NCBI RefSeq assembly: GCF_009914755.1
Contig: NC_060942.1
DNA from: the human T2T-CHM13v2.0 reference genome, Homo sapiens
Reading direction: 5' to 3' (one strand)
Length of the DNA: 64,000 bases
Both the position numbers and the translations under genes were made by a program. Numbering within the stretch: the stretch's first letter is position 1; each line of letters begins with the position of its first letter. Below, piece by piece: positions 12,311 through 27,445 of this stretch. Under the pieces are notes generated by a model. That model did not search any database and was not told the DNA's origin. It worked only from the letters and a program-made list of their open reading frames with translations.

Positions 12311-13319
12311 CCAATAAAGACACTAAGACATCAGTTGACACATGGCCAAATGCATTGTCTTATTACTTCGCAGATACCTGCTTGTTGCCATGGACATGAA
12401 GTAACTTTCAAACAACATACTATTGTATACATATCTAAGTATAATTACAGCATTACAAAACAGCAAAGGACTTTAAGTAACTAAGTCACACTGGAGTCTT
12501 GGCCTGTGTGGGAGACTATATAAAGATTGTAGAAGGGTTTACCCAAAAATAATTTTTATCTCTGTGAATGCTAATTCCCCCAAACTGATTCTGAATTGTA
12601 TGCAAAACAGCAAATTGTAAAACAGCCCTGATTAGTCAACTAAAGTCCAAAAAGGAAATAAACGGAAACTCTTACACAGTTCGGCATATACCCAACATAG
12701 CCACAAGTTTTGAATTTGTAATACTTGAACTTTAGAGCAAGAAAGCTTAGGCTTATTTTGCTTCTTAAGCTTATATTGAGAGAATGTGACAGCAATAAAA
12801 ACTCCTCAGACAAGCCTTGACTTAATTAGCAAATGTTTTGTGTGCTCTTTTCAGGACACTGAACACCATTCATTACCAGAACCAAAGGTCACAGTGTGTG
12901 AACAGACAGTAAAGTTCAGGGTTCATAACCAAAGTGAAGCCAAAGAATACCCAGGGTATTTTTTCAGAGTGTAAGTGAGTCAGATTTAAGCATACTGCAA
13001 GGAAGAAAGCTTCTCATCAACTCTAAATTTCTGGATGGATGGAAGGAAGGAAGAAAATAAGGAAGGACCCAAGTTGAAACAAGTATTTAAATGAAATTAT
13101 CATGAGAAAGCAGGATCAGAGACATGCAAACATTTCAAGGATTAATTGTCATCCTAGATTGCAACCAAACACAAAACAAATGTAGTAACCAGTATACATT
13201 AATGCTAACTCATAGGAATGAAGATTTTTTTAAATGATGATAAAGCTTTTATGCTTCTCCCTTCTGCAACTGAGCTGTGATGAAGGAATGGCCTCTGAAC
13301 ACTCCAAAATAAGTAATTA

Positions 13320-14735
13320 CTATTCATTTAAGAAACATATATTATTCTCTACAATTTCCAAGTTAGTCTGATAGACATTGCAGAAGATTTGGAGGAATAA
13401 GACTTTATATGTGCATAAAATTTGTAATTCAAGGTTCATTATGATAACTGACATTTTAGTAATTCAAAGAACTATAGGAGTTCAAAGAGAGAACTCCTTT
13501 TAGTCTAATATCTTAAGAAAGGCATTATAAAAGAGGTGGCATTGTGCCTGGGCCTTGGACAATAGATAAGACTTCAACAGCGAGAATGAGAGGAAAGTGT
13601 CTAGTTTAGACAACACTGTAGGAGACGGTGCAGTGTGAAGAAATAGGAGGGGAAGCCCACTGGCTAAAGGATTTATGGGATAATGAATGATAAAAGGAGT
13701 TTGGAACCAAAATGATGATCTTAGGGAAGTTCATTTGGCAGCTAATCATGACGAATTGAAGGGGAGAGCCACTGGAAGTAGTGTGACTCCTTAGGAAGTT
13801 ATTGCAACACTAGAAAGAGGAGTTAAGAAGAGCCTGAGCTAAAATTGAGTTGTAAGAGTAGATGGGGGAAATGGAGGTAAAAGTAATGATTGAAGAGGAT
13901 TTGCTCAATAGATAATGCTCAGAATGAGAAAATGTGAGAAGAAATTGAAGGCCTACATTCTTTGGAGTGATATTTGAAGTTCATCAGGTAAATAACAATT
14001 CCTAGGGAAAACATGTGGAAAGATGGTAGAAGGGAATGGAGGGAAGACATTGGGGGAGAGTGGGAAGGCTGAGGTCAAGGCAATGATGAAGAATCCAGAA
14101 AAAATAAAAACATCATAGTCATGGAGTCCAAGCAAAGGCAAAAATCAAGAAGCAAGTAGCCAAAAGTAGCTCAGGATGTAGAGAAAACAGGAAGGACAAA
14201 CAAAGATAAAGCCATTGGATGTCATGAGATGAGGACTACTGCTAATTGTTAAGTAAGGAGGGTAGAGCCCAGGCAACGCTTCTCCAGCCCATGTGGGTTC
14301 TGAGACTGCTGAAGTGATTCAGGACAAGGTCTTGTGAGAAGAAAGAAGAATACACCAAAGAAAAGTGAGATTTCAGATCATAAAATGTTGTTACCTACAC
14401 TTAGCATCATTTCACATCCTAACTGCAGGTAACAAAATGAGCCACAGATACTAGGGGTGAACATCTAACAGAGATCAAGGGATGTGTTGATGAAGAAGAA
14501 GCTAATTTTGCAAAATTCTGAATCCGACTGCGGTATTTCTTTTGCATGTGATTTGGTGCTTTGATTTTGGAATATGAGGTTGGTCTTAAATTATCTGGCC
14601 TGCAACGGACACGTTTGAATAAAGTAGACAGTGGAAAAGTCTGGATGCTGAATGTTAGGGTTGAGGTAGAGTAGACAGTGAGAGAGCATAAGTAGTATGT
14701 AGAGAATAGAGTTTTGTGAAGTTTGGGAGTAAAGG
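13320..14735 (-). mobile_element. L2 (L2c-like), highly decayed
   Basis: tattcatttaagaaacatatatt antisense tail; aggcattataaaagaggtggcatt; ggaagttattgcaacactag; gccattggatgtcatgag. Confidence 0.6.
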
Positions 14736-14746
14736 AGGGATTTGCT

Positions 14747-14910
14747 AGCCAGGCATGGTACTGTGGTCCCAGTAGTCCAAGCTACTCAGGAGCCTGATGT
14801 AAGAGGACCGCTTGAGCCCCCGAGTTCAAGGCTGCAGTGAGCTAGGACCACACCACTACCCTCCAGCCTGGGTGACAAAGCAAGATCTCATATTTGAAAA
14901 AAAAAAAAAA
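14747..14910 (+). mobile_element. Alu monomer (FLAM/FRAM-like)
   Basis: agccaggcatggt...gagttcaaggctgcagtgagct...A15 tail. TSD GATTTGC at 14739-14745 and 14913-14919. Confidence 0.85.
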
Positions 14911-15745
14911 ATGATTTGCAATGGCCAAGGAAATCTTTTTAGGCAACATTTTAAAATTTTTTTTTTCATTTTATGTTTGTTTAGGATAAGGTGGTCAAAG
15001 CTGTCCATTTAAAAAGAGAAAAAAATCTAGTTGAAAGGAAACTTCCTCAAACAAGAGAGGAAATTAGTTTAGGAAACTAAATTCAGATGAGATTAAAAAA
15101 ATGGATATGATCTGGCAAAGATAGAATAACTAGACTTGAAAAAAGAAAAGGGGTTTAAAAATAAAGAAAATGATCAAAATGTTCTTCGTGGGGAAGATGA
15201 GTAAGAATAAAAATTTTGCAGTTGAGAGAAAAGAAGTTCAAGCAGTCAATGTCAGGCAGCTTTACTCTTCCTAATGAAACTGGATTTTACATCTTCTGTT
15301 AAGATTAGTAAGACACGGGTAGAATTGTTGGCTTGACATGAATGGTAAATACGAGGAACAACTTGCGAGGAAACAAAAGTGATGTGAGATGAATAAAATG
15401 AAATGGAGAAGAGCAAGGTGAAGTGAGGTGGCGTGAACATGAGCGGCTGAGGACAGAGACTTGTTGCCGATTTTTCCTGCAGTGCTTCACAACCCAGGAA
15501 TAAAAAATTATATGATGCCTGTGTCCCAGGACACAGATAACACAGATTCATTTCACTGCCTTTTAATGTTTAATTCCTCCAGATACACAATTTGACTTCT
15601 TTGTATTTGAACTTTTAGCATCATGACTGTAGTCACTTCATTTTTTTTTCTTTTATGTTTTTCCTTTTATATTTACCTGCTGAGGTTTTATTTTTGCCAA
15701 AAACATTGTTTGGCTCAAGAAAACATATGATTATAGTGTAAATAA

Positions 15746-16034
<289 letters not shown>

Positions 16035-17009
16035 AGAAGGGGCTCTCTGCCTATGACCAGTAGCTCAACAGCATATAAGGCCTAGCAGGGCTGAGCAAAG
16101 CTGATTCTCAGCCACTGACTGGAGCTTGTGAGTAAAGTCTGTAGACATTGAGAAAAGAACGAGCAGAGTTGGGTTTCACATGCCATTTTGCGGCAGAAAC
16201 TTATCCTTCTTAGTTAGGTGAAGTCAACTTTGAACTTTTCATAGAATGTCTTTCAGAATTTTCATCTGCACAACTTGGAAAGCCTTGTGGTGAGATAACT
16301 GCACTTGTATTTTTAAATCTTCACAGTAGAGCTTCTTCTGTACTCAGGGGAATGCCCACTGAAGGTCAGAGGAGCCCTGAGCTTCCATCAGCTGTTTGCT
16401 TTTCCTGCATACAAATGTGTAAACCCCATGCTGTGGCTTTATTAGCATGAGGAAGTTTGGTAATCCAGGTTGTTAATGACCTTCCATCTTCCCTGAGATA
16501 CATGAGGATATAGCCTAAGGCAAATCATTAGAGACTCATTTGCATTTTTGAGAGCCATTATTAGAAAATGTATAGATAAGAAAAACAAAAATCTCAGAAG
16601 ACACAACAATGAAGCTCAGCTCTAAAGCCCTTGGATAAGGTTCCGGAGACCTTAAATCTATATATTCAAATAAAACCTTACATTGAAACTGTAATTATGA
16701 CAAAGAAGTATCTTTTGGGTCCCAATTACCCCACCAAATAACACCTTAACATTGAGTGCCCTTAAAATATAGAACATTCCACAAATGTATTATGTTTTAT
16801 TTATAAGGAAGGTATTATATATATTATACTGGTGAAAAATTAAAATCTAAAATGTTTAAATGACTTGTTAAACTTTCATGGCTCTTAAGTTGCAGGGCTA
16901 GCATGAGAAAAGGGTACTCCAATTTTGACTTCAGTCCTCTTTTCACTGTATTCTATGATAAAGTCAGGGGTAGAATCTCCCATGCTGGTCACTTTCCAAT
17001 TAGATTGGG

Positions 17010-17135
17010 TCACTAGAATCCAAATCCAAGTCAGAGATTTGGATTCTAGTGCCAGTTATGTTCCTAATGAGGTATGTGATCTTAAAAAGCCATTTTATCT
17101 CTCTGGATACAAGTTTCTTTTTCTGTTAAAAATAA
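17010..17135 (+). mobile_element. MIR fragment, followed by a GAAA/GGAA-rich tract to ~17210
   Basis: agtcagagatttggattctagtgccagttatg...tgtgatcttaaaaagccattttatctctctgg...aagtttctttttctgttaaaa. Confidence 0.7.
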
Positions 17136-18496
17136 TAAAAGAAAGAAAAGGAAGGAAGGAAGAATGGATAGACGGAAGGAAAAGAAAGAGAAAGAGAAAG
17201 AGAAGGGAAAGGATACTAAATTCAAAGCTATTTTATTGAAGAACAAAAAATGAAAAAGCAAATTAACTTGCTTTGCAACTGCCTAGAATCCTCCTCCAAG
17301 GAGCCAGAGTCCCTTCTGATATCCATCTCACTAAAAATGGACTTGAAATGAAAGTACGGTAAACAATGAGTGCTCCAAAGAGCTTCATACCTTACTTCCA
17401 AGATTTTCTAAACAGATGCTCACTTCCGTGGTTGAGCTGGCACACATATGCCCCAGTCGACAATGAAGTTCTACACTTGCTCTTCGTGATCACTTATACT
17501 CCATGGTTATTTTCAGTGGCTTTAGAAAGAATTGTCCAGGATGAGAAGGACAGAAAGAGAAAAAAAATGACAACTCTTGATGAAATTCCTGAGGATCTCC
17601 TGTTCAGGAATCCAGCACGAACCAGAGAAATGAAAGGAGGAGGTAGGACAAGAGACTGTCACCTAGGAAAATATCCCAGGTTGTTTACAAGCTTGGAGAA
17701 AGTTGCTTAAGAAGGGACAGATTTCATTACAGGAAAAGATAAACTGGCACCCAGGAGGGTAGAAAGTAACTCATGTCAATCACCTCCTTACAAGAATAAT
17801 ACTAGATGATTTTATCAAAGCAAAGTCATTTCCCAGACTCTCTTCCTGAGACAGAATGGTGAGTTCAAGATTACACAGAACTACTACATGCCCAGTTACA
17901 TGCAGCAGGGAGTAAGAAAACCAAGGCGTTGTCCAGAGTGACAACCCACCTGCCTGAAAAAGGGAAGGAAATAACAGCAAAGGGGAATAAATGGACCTGA
18001 GAGAAGCATCCTGTGAGATCCCTTGATGAAGCTCCTCTGCTAGGCTATGTGGTTACAGGCTTTCAGACAACAGGTCAGATGGAATCAGATAGATGATGTC
18101 CCTCTCCTGTTTTATTAAAAAACTAATGTTTTTTAACAGAAACAATCAGACGAACCTCAGAGGACATAAGCTGGAGAATATCCAGAAGATGAGGCTGTGG
18201 AGGACCCAAAGGGCAAAGCTATGCATCTTTCCTCTGAATTAATGAGAGTAAAGTGGTTAGTCAGCACAAGGATTAGTGGGTGGATAGTCAAGGAAGACTG
18301 AAAAGCCTTAAGCTCCCCACTTTTATCCAGACCTCCACTGCCCTCGGAAAGATTCAATCATTAGAGTGAAAATGAAATTTGCTACTGGGATGTCCAGATA
18401 GCTATCATCCAGCCAATCAATGAAATTTCCTCCATCCTAGGCATCTCTTCCACACTTCTTTTTATTTCCTCTACTATGATGTTCTCGGGCAGTTGA

Positions 18497-19745
<1,249 letters not shown>

Positions 19746-20690
19746 AACACATGATCAGTTCTTGTTTTTGAGTCTTTGTTTTCAAGCTGTAAAAAGCTCT
19801 ATTTATCTCCTAGTGATTAAAATGAGCATCCTCACTTGTTAATCTTCCTGTCAAGGATTTCTTTGATGATTTTCTTGAAAATGAAGTGTACCCAAGATTT
19901 CAGTTGGCTTCAGTTTTGTCGTGTTTACTTGTGTTTCTATCTTTAACACTTGCAGAGAATCATCACTAATACCGTCACTTTAGGTCCCAGGAAGACTTGC
20001 AGCAATCTCTTTGGTTCCTCGCAGAATGCAGGTGTGATTGGAGAAAGGCAGCTGGATAAAGAGCTAAATAGAGTCGTGGCCAAGCCAAGCTGATCATGGT
20101 TGCGTATGTTTAGGAATCATGGTTTATCTGGGATCCAGGGGGATACATTGTAGGGTGAAGGAAAAAACCAAACACCCAAACTCCAGAGGTAAAGTAAAGC
20201 TGGAAACAGTCAGGTTATTCAGATGTTATCATCAATAAGAAAACCAGGAAGAAGTTTGAGGTGTGGACTGTATCAGATAGAATTTTGACAGTTTTCTGTA
20301 TCACCATTCCTACCAAATTTGATTGGCCCAAGTGCTTCCATAGCCACTCTGTCCATGAATCATTGCTCCCTGAACATTTCCACAGTCAGGCCTCTGTAAG
20401 GGCCAAGAGTGGATGGATGTATGGATGCAGAAACCAGACCTAAAATGGTATACTGTTTACTTAATGTCGATCTCAGCAGTAGCCACATGTAAAACTACAG
20501 CCAGAGAGATGAGGAGACTCAGCGGCAGACAGAAAGCAGAGCCCAGAACACAGAGGAGGGCCTCGGGAGAGTTGCAGCAAGTCGAAGGCAGAGGCCCATG
20601 GAAGCCTCCTTTTTGGCACTTTGTTCTCTGGGATGCTTTGGATACAAGGTAGAAAGCCAAGGACCCATCTACATAAGGAGGAAAAGATAG

Positions 20691-21193
20691 TGTGGTAGGC
20701 TGAATAATGCCTTCTCGAAGATGTCCATTTTCCAATCCCCAGAGCCTGTAACTATGTGACTTTCCAGGGCAGCAAGTGCTTTGCAGATGTGACTTAGTAA
20801 AGGATCTTGAGATGGGGGGGTTATTCTGGTGGGTCCAACAAATCACAGGGTCCTTATAAGAGGGAGAGGACACATGGAGTTAGAGGAGATGTGACAAAGG
20901 AAGCAGAGATCAGAGAGGGAGAAAGAGAGAGAGATTGAACATGTTAAACTGCTTGTTTTGATGATGAAAGAAGGAGGCCATGGGCCAAGGAATGCAGGTG
21001 GCCCCTAGGAACTGGAAAAGGCAAGGAAACAGCTTCTCTCCTAAGCCTCTGAAAGGAACACAGACTTGTTGACACCTTGATTTTAGCACAATGAGACCTA
21101 TTTTGGACCTCCAGAACTATAATAATTAGTTGTATTGTTTTACGTCTCCAAGTTTATGGTAATTTTCTACAGCAGAAATGAGAAACTAATAAA
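20691..21193 (+). mobile_element. MaLR LTR, MLT1D-like
   Basis: tgtggtaggctgaataatg...aggatcttgagatggg...ccaaggaatgcaggtggc...gacctccagaact...agaaactaata. Confidence 0.9.
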
Positions 21194-21471
21194 CAGAAAT
21201 ATGGCCATTCTTACAAATGTAGTTTAATAGGGTTCTAGGTGGTGGTTGGTCGCATAGTAAAGACCTAAAAATTTTTAAATGAGACCAATTGCAAATCTGA
21301 GATTATGCCAACCTACAGAATTAGAGAACCAGTGCTTTAATATATTTACCCTGTCTAGAGGTTCAATTGGTCCTAGAAGCCAGTGAGACACTGAACAAGA
21401 AATTTGGAAATTAGTGGAACCGTAGAAGAAGAATCAACTCTGTCATCTCATTCCTTGAGGAGTTCCTTTAC

Positions 21472-21566
21472 AGTCATTCATTCATAACACTCAGTGAGCC
21501 AGGCTGCTAAATGCTGGGGCCAGAGATGAGAAGACAACAGCTAAAATATTTGACCTCATGGAGCTG
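21472..21566 (-). mobile_element. L2 3' terminus fragment
   Basis: agtcattcattcataacactcagtgagccagg...tgacctcatggagct. Confidence 0.6.
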
Positions 21567-22138
21567 TGTATCAAACTCCGTAAAACCAGTGTGAACCCTT
21601 CTTCATGAGGAATTGCCTCTTCGCTTTTTTTCTGCTTGAGAATTGTCTAAACCTGCTAAAACAGATGCTCAGTAGATGCCAAAAATGCACTCAAGCAAGG
21701 CAGATTCAATATGGTGAAAAAGGCAGGGTTTTATAAACTGGTTACTGATGCTTATAATTCCCACAATGAAAACATGAAGACGAGCTATAGAATGATGTGA
21801 GTAAAATGCAAAATAACACACCCAGATTTTTGAGAACCTTCGTCTTTCAGAGGCCCTGGAATCACAAAAGAGCCCTATGTTAGAAGGCACAGAGAAAAAT
21901 ACACTTCTGCTTTAAGCTGTAGGGAAAAGTATGGAGCTATATTAGGAGCTTTACCAAGCAGATTAAAAAAGGCACCTGCCAAACTTGAATCATGTGTGCA
22001 GACTTGAGATTCTAAAAATCGCTGGAGAATTATCTAGAAAGAATGGTCCACCTCCAACTGTAGGCTGGATCTTAGAATCCAACATGAAGGAATGAAGAGG
22101 AAGAAATTAGAACAGGATTTCTCCAAAAGCCTCCAAAG

Positions 22139-22360
22139 CAGGGTGTCCAATCTTTTGGCTTCCCTGGGCCTCATTGGAAGAAGAATTGTCTTGGGTCACA
22201 CATAAAATACACTAACGCTAATGATAACTGATGAGCAAAAAGAAAAAAAATTGCATAAAAACTCATAATATTTTAAGACAGTTTACAAATTTGTGTTGGG
22301 CTGCATTCAAAGCCATCCTGGTCCTCATGCATCCCACTGGCCACAGGTTGGACAAGCTTC
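22139..22360 (+). mobile_element. MER30 (hAT-Charlie MITE)
   Basis: cagggtgtccaatcttttggcttccctgggcc...ggttggacaagctt. 8-bp TSD ctccaaag/ctccaaaa. Confidence 0.92.
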
Positions 22361-22385
22361 CTCCAAAAGAAGTGAACAACAGGGT

Positions 22386-22605
22386 AGGGCTAGGCAAACA
22401 TTTCCTGTAAGAGCTAGATAGCAAACATTTTAGGCTTTGCAGGCCACATGGTCTCTGTCACAACTACCAATCTCTACCATAGTAGTGTGAAAGCAACTAT
22501 AGATAATATGTAAATTAAAGGGTGTAACTATGTACCAATAAAACTTTATTTACGAAAAGAGGCAACAGGCCATATTTGGTCCACCGGCTGTAGTTTACCG
22601 ACCTC
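22386..22605 (+). mobile_element. MER58A (hAT-Charlie MITE)
   Basis: ggcaaacatttcctgtaagagctagatagcaaacattttaggctttgcaggcc...ccaataaaactttatttac...gtagtttaccgacctct. Confidence 0.88.
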
Positions 22606-22694
22606 TACAATAAGGTACAGCTTCTCTTGCAATGAATTGAAAACCCAATGACATTTGTGGTACCATCCCTCCCTCCCATATCCATGGCAAAATT

Positions 22695-22845
22695 GCTGTA
22701 TGAAGTTGAGCAATTTACCTAACTTTAGTAAGCCTCTGTTTTTGCATCTTGTAATACTGTCTATATCATAGGATGGTTGTGAAGACTGAATGAAATGGTG
22801 AATTAAAACACCTAGTAACCTACCTGGCCCCTAATAGATGACACT
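22695..22845 (+). mobile_element. MIR fragment
   Basis: gcctctgtttttgcatcttgtaa...cataggatggttgtgaagactgaatga...acctggcccctaatag. Confidence 0.65.
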
Positions 22846-24289
22846 ACTGTTGTGGTCGTCATCTCCAACAACCAATTATTACAAACCTCTGTAACCAATT
22901 ACTGTGCACTTTACACATCCACAGGGTCACTACCCATTGCCCTGCTCTGGCACTAAAGTTGAAACTTACGTATCAGTGTTGCTCTTTGTCATTCTTGAAA
23001 CTATTCAAAATTCTAGCCTCCTCCTTTTTGTTTCACACAAGTTGTTTTCTTATCTTTTTAGCTAACTTTAAAAGCTTTGAAAAGGCAAAGTCATTGTATA
23101 ATAGCCCGAGGAACACAGCAGGCTATTACCAGCATTCTAAGAGTTTTGTTCTGATTTAAAAACGAGAATGAGTGGGGTTGAAAGCCTCAGCAGAAATAGT
23201 CTGTGAGGGCAGAGAGAAGGTAAGCAAAGGAGCTATTTCCAGGAACTGAAGAGCAGAGCAAGACCTGTAGAAAGTCGGGGTTTCGGGGACTGGGGAATTT
23301 CTGATAGTGAGAACAGCATCGCAGGAGCACATTCATCCTTTTGTATTTTCTATAGGCCTTAGGGTTCCTTCATGCAGACTCAGATACCACCAATCATTAC
23401 AGATGGGACATACGCATGGACCGGGGGAGCAGACGCTGCCCTTAAAAATTATTAGTCTTCTGGGCACAGAAAAAAAGAATGACAGAATTTTTTTCTGATT
23501 ACATACATAAAATTCTCTTCTGGCGTCCTTGCATTCCATTTTTCTTAAATCCATGATTGGGTGTAGTTGCCCAAAAAATAAGTCTGAACTCGGATATCAA
23601 TGGATGCCTTTTTGTTGTATGTGCCTAAAGCTCCTCCTCTTGTGGGAACTGCCTATTTCTCAGCCCACCATCAAGGGACGCACCAGGGGTGGAGTTAGAG
23701 CTGCCTTACAGCTGGACTGGAAATGCTAGAGCTTTATCTCTGGGGGAGCCTGGGTATCTGGTGTTTGACTCTTGGCCAGGATTAGGGTAGTGAGATTTAT
23801 GATGTGTTGTCTAACATCCCAAACTCTCCCAAAGGACACCTACTCCCACTCCCATGACGCATTTAGTCTACTGCAGTGTTCCTGAACCATGTGAGTAGTG
23901 TTCATTTTAAACTCAAACACATGCAAGGCACCTGCAGACAGAAATCTCAGAAGAGGACTTTGTTCACTCAGAGCAAAAGCAAAAAATATAGTTTTCTTTG
24001 GTGCTTTTCTACCATCCCACATATTTTAATATGTAATATTTTCATTCCTGATGGTGTTAATGTTTTCCAATTTCCAGGGGGGTACATTATTAGACTCGTG
24101 AATAAAGTGAAATGTTCAACTTCGCTAGAAACCATGCAGAAGAAAGCAAATTTCCTACTAAAAATAGTTTGGGTGGGGACATGAAGACAGAGAAATTCGA
24201 ACATTTCTGATAGAAAGCTAAATTGATACAGTTGTTTAGAAAACAATTTAGAGATACCTAGTAAAGCTGAAGATGAAAGGCACAAACCC

Positions 24290-24815
24290 TCTGAGTCTGC
24301 AGTTTAAATTCTAGGATGTTCCCCAGAAAACACATTCACACAGGTGAACAAAGATGTTTGCTGCAGCAACCTTTATAATCACAAAAACATGGTAACCAAC
24401 AGAACATGGGCTAAAGCTATTCATGCAACAAATATTATGAATTATTTAACATGAATAAACTACAGCTGTGCCTGTCAACATAAGCAAAACTCAAGGAAAG
24501 CTACCTGGGGAGAAAGAAGAAAATTTAAATGAATGTGAACTTTGTGACATCACTTACATAATAGTTAAGGTCTCCAAATGTGATATGGTATCCATAACAG
24601 TCTATGTACAATAATATAGATATATGTGTTAGAATAATATCTAAAAAAAATCAGAATAGTGATTATTTCAACATAGAGATGCAGAGTAAAGAAAGATGGG
24701 AGTTGGGTTTTGGACAGATACCACAAAATGCTAATATAAGCTAAATGTTAGTAGTGATGGGTATATAGTTGTCTGATATATTTTCTGTAGTTTTATGTTC
24801 GAAAACTTTATTAAC
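24290..24815 (+). mobile_element. Old L1ME-like 3' fragment
   Basis: ttctaggatgttccccagaaaa...caaagatgtttgctgcagcaacctttataatcacaaaaacatgg. Confidence 0.5.
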
Positions 24816-24897
24816 GCTGTATATATATATATGTGTGTGTATCAGCACATCACTTTTATTCATTAAATATTAAATGAATAAAAAACACACACATATG

Positions 24898-25401
24898 CAA
24901 TTGATCCTTGAACAACATGGGTTTGAAGTGCATGGGTCCGCTTATATGTGGAGTTTTTTCAATAAAAGTTACACTGAGTGTGCCTGCCTCTCCTGACTCT
25001 CCTTCCTCCTCCTCCACCTCTTCCACCTCTGCCACTGCTGAGACAGCAAGACCAACCCCTCCACTTCCTCTTCCTCTTCAACCTACTCAATGTGATGATG
25101 ATGAAGATGAAGACCTTTATCATCATTCACTACCACTTAATGAAGAGGAAATATATTTTCTCTTCCTTAGTCATTTTCTTAATGACATTTTCTTTTCCCT
25201 CACTTACTTTATTGTACAGATACGGTATGTAATACATATAGCATACAAAATATGTGTTAACTGACTGTTTTTGTTATTAGCAAACTTTCAGTCAACAGTA
25301 GGCTATTAGTAGTTAAGTGTGGTGATTCACAGTTACATGCAGATTTTTGACTGCATGAAAGGCCAGTGCCTCTAACCCCAGAATTGTTCAAGGGCCAACT
25401 G
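24898..25401. mobile_element. Tigger2a-like non-autonomous Tc1/pogo element, complete
   Basis: TIRs caattgatccttgaacaac ... ttgttcaagggccaactg; internal gagacagcaagaccaacccctcc...gaagatgaagacctttat. Confidence 0.92.
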
Positions 25402-25704
25402 TGTATATGTAAATTAGAGCCGATATATGCTGTTATACAGAGAGACATTAAGACAAAAGATGTGAAAAGCAATAGCCATCCCTGGTCCCACACATTGCTC
25501 CAGGTCCTTTTTGGTCTATTCCTGGTATGCATCGTGGAACTTAGATTACACAGGATATCCTAATTATGACTCTAAAAATCCCTTTTTTGTTTTCTTAAGC
25601 TGGGTTGAGTTGAATTTATGTTGAAGGCAATGATACGAAAAGACCACTAAGTAATCTTTGAGAGCCTTGGAGATTTTAGAGATTTTATGTGTGTGTCATT
25701 TCCC

Positions 25705-27445
25705 TTTATTTTAAAAATAACATTAAATTGATACATAAAATCATGCATATTCAATGCAGATAATACGATTATTATATACATACACACCCATAAACACATT
25801 ATATAGATTACCACAATCAAATTAATTGACATATTGATCACTACCCATAGTTATCATTTGGCAGAGGTGGGAGTGGTAAAGATATGTAAAATCTGCTCTC
25901 TTACCAAATTTCAAGGAAATGCAGTGTTATTTACTATATACAGCATTAACTATTAACTCTAGTCACCATGCTGTACATTAGGTTCCCAAAACGTTGTCAT
26001 CTTATAACTGAAAGTTTTTCCCTTTGACCAACATCTCTCATCCCCCTCCCACCACACCCTTGGCCCAGCCTCTGGAATCCACCATTCTACTCTCTGCTAC
26101 TGAGTCTGACTTTTTTAGATTCCACATATAAGTTAGATTGTACAGTACTTGTCTTTCTATATCTGGCTTATGTCACTTAGTATAATGTCCTTCAGGTTCA
26201 CCCATGTCATCTCAAACGGTGGGATTTCCTTTTTTTAATGCAAATATCCCGTTGTACGTATATTCATCAGATTTTATTTATTTATTCAGCAACCAATGGG
26301 CACTTAAGTTGATTCCATAGCTTGGCTATTGTGAATAATGCTGCTGAACATGGTGGGGGTATGGCGCAGATATCTCTTTGAGGTACGGATTTCATTTCCT
26401 TTGAATACGTACCCAGAAGTAAAATTGCTGGGTCATAGTTCTATTTTTCAGTTTTGGGGGAATATCTACACTGTTTTTCATAGTGATTGCAATAATTTAC
26501 ATTCCCACCAGCAGTGTGCAAGGATTCCCTTTTCTCCATACCCTGGCCAATATTTGTTATCTTTTTTTAATAATAGACATTTTTTCAGGTGTGAGATGAT
26601 GTCTCAATATAGTTTTATTTGCATTTCCCTGATAATTAGTTATATTGAGCACCCTTTCTTATGTCTTCTTTTGAGAAATGTCTGTTCAGTTCCTTTGATC
26701 ATTTTTAAATCAGGTTATATGTTTTTTCTGTTTGGTTTGTGAGTTCTTTATATAGCTTGGGTATTAACCCCTTATCAGATCTGATTTGCCAATATTTTCT
26801 CCCACTCTATAGGTTGTCTTCATTTCTCGACTGTTTCCTGTGCCATGAAGAATCTTTTTAGTTTGATATAGTCTCATTTGTTTATTTTTGCTTTTGTTGC
26901 CTATGCTTTTGATGTCATATCTGAAAAATTATTGCCAAGACCAATGTCAAGGAGATTTTCCATGTTTTCTTCTGAGAGTTTTATGGGTTTTTATATTTTT
27001 GATCCATTCTAAGTTTATTTTTGTGTAAGATGTAAAATGAGGGTTTATTTTATTCTTTTGCATGTGGATATCCACTTTTCACAACAGTAATTATTGAAGA
27101 GGTTATTAGTTCCCTATTGTGTGTTTTTTGCATTCTTATCAAATATTAGTTGACCATATATGTGTGGTTTTATTTCTGGGCTCTCTATTCTGTTCCATTG
27201 GTCTATGCATCTGTTCTTATGTCAGTACCATATTGTTTTGATTACTGCAGCTTTGTAATATAGTTTGAAATCAGAGAGTATAAAACCTCCAGCTTTGTTC
27301 TTTTTTCTTAAACATTGCTTTAGCTATCTGGCATCTTTTTTGGTTCCATATGAATTTTAGGATTTTTTTTTGTATTTCTATTAAAAATGCCATTTGGATC
27401 TTGATAGAGATTGCAGTGATTCCGTAGATCACTTTGGGTAACACG
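25705..27445 (-). mobile_element. L1MA-like (L1MA8-10) 3' 1.7 kb
   Basis: Antisense L1 3'UTR plus ORF2 end. ORF 27271-27474 retains IPIKI...[14 protein letters not shown]-like peptide. Confidence 0.88.

Noticed and set aside
11982-12484. Glu/Ala/Gly- or Pro/Ser-rich ORFs
   Set aside because: Translations of the GCAGAA/GGA simple repeat.
17366-17710. 114-aa ATG-initiated ORF in unique DNA
   Set aside because: No recognisable homology, splice context or retrocopy hallmarks. The length is within chance expectation for 64 kb.
19956-20031. Possible small exon (cttgcag|...CAG|gtgtga)
   Set aside because: Weak donor. Similar isolated splice-like sites (10493, 17953 minus, 23220, 29687 minus) lack convincing partners.
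23678-23696. CTCF-like GCACCAGGGGTGGAG
   Set aside because: The 3' half departs from the core motif; not supportable from sequence alone.
24896-25403. Tigger2a flanked by TG/TG rather than TA/TA
   Set aside because: Only two bases, in a TA/TG low-complexity context, so later mutation explains it. The acidic ORF 24908-25264 is just Tigger2a sequence.
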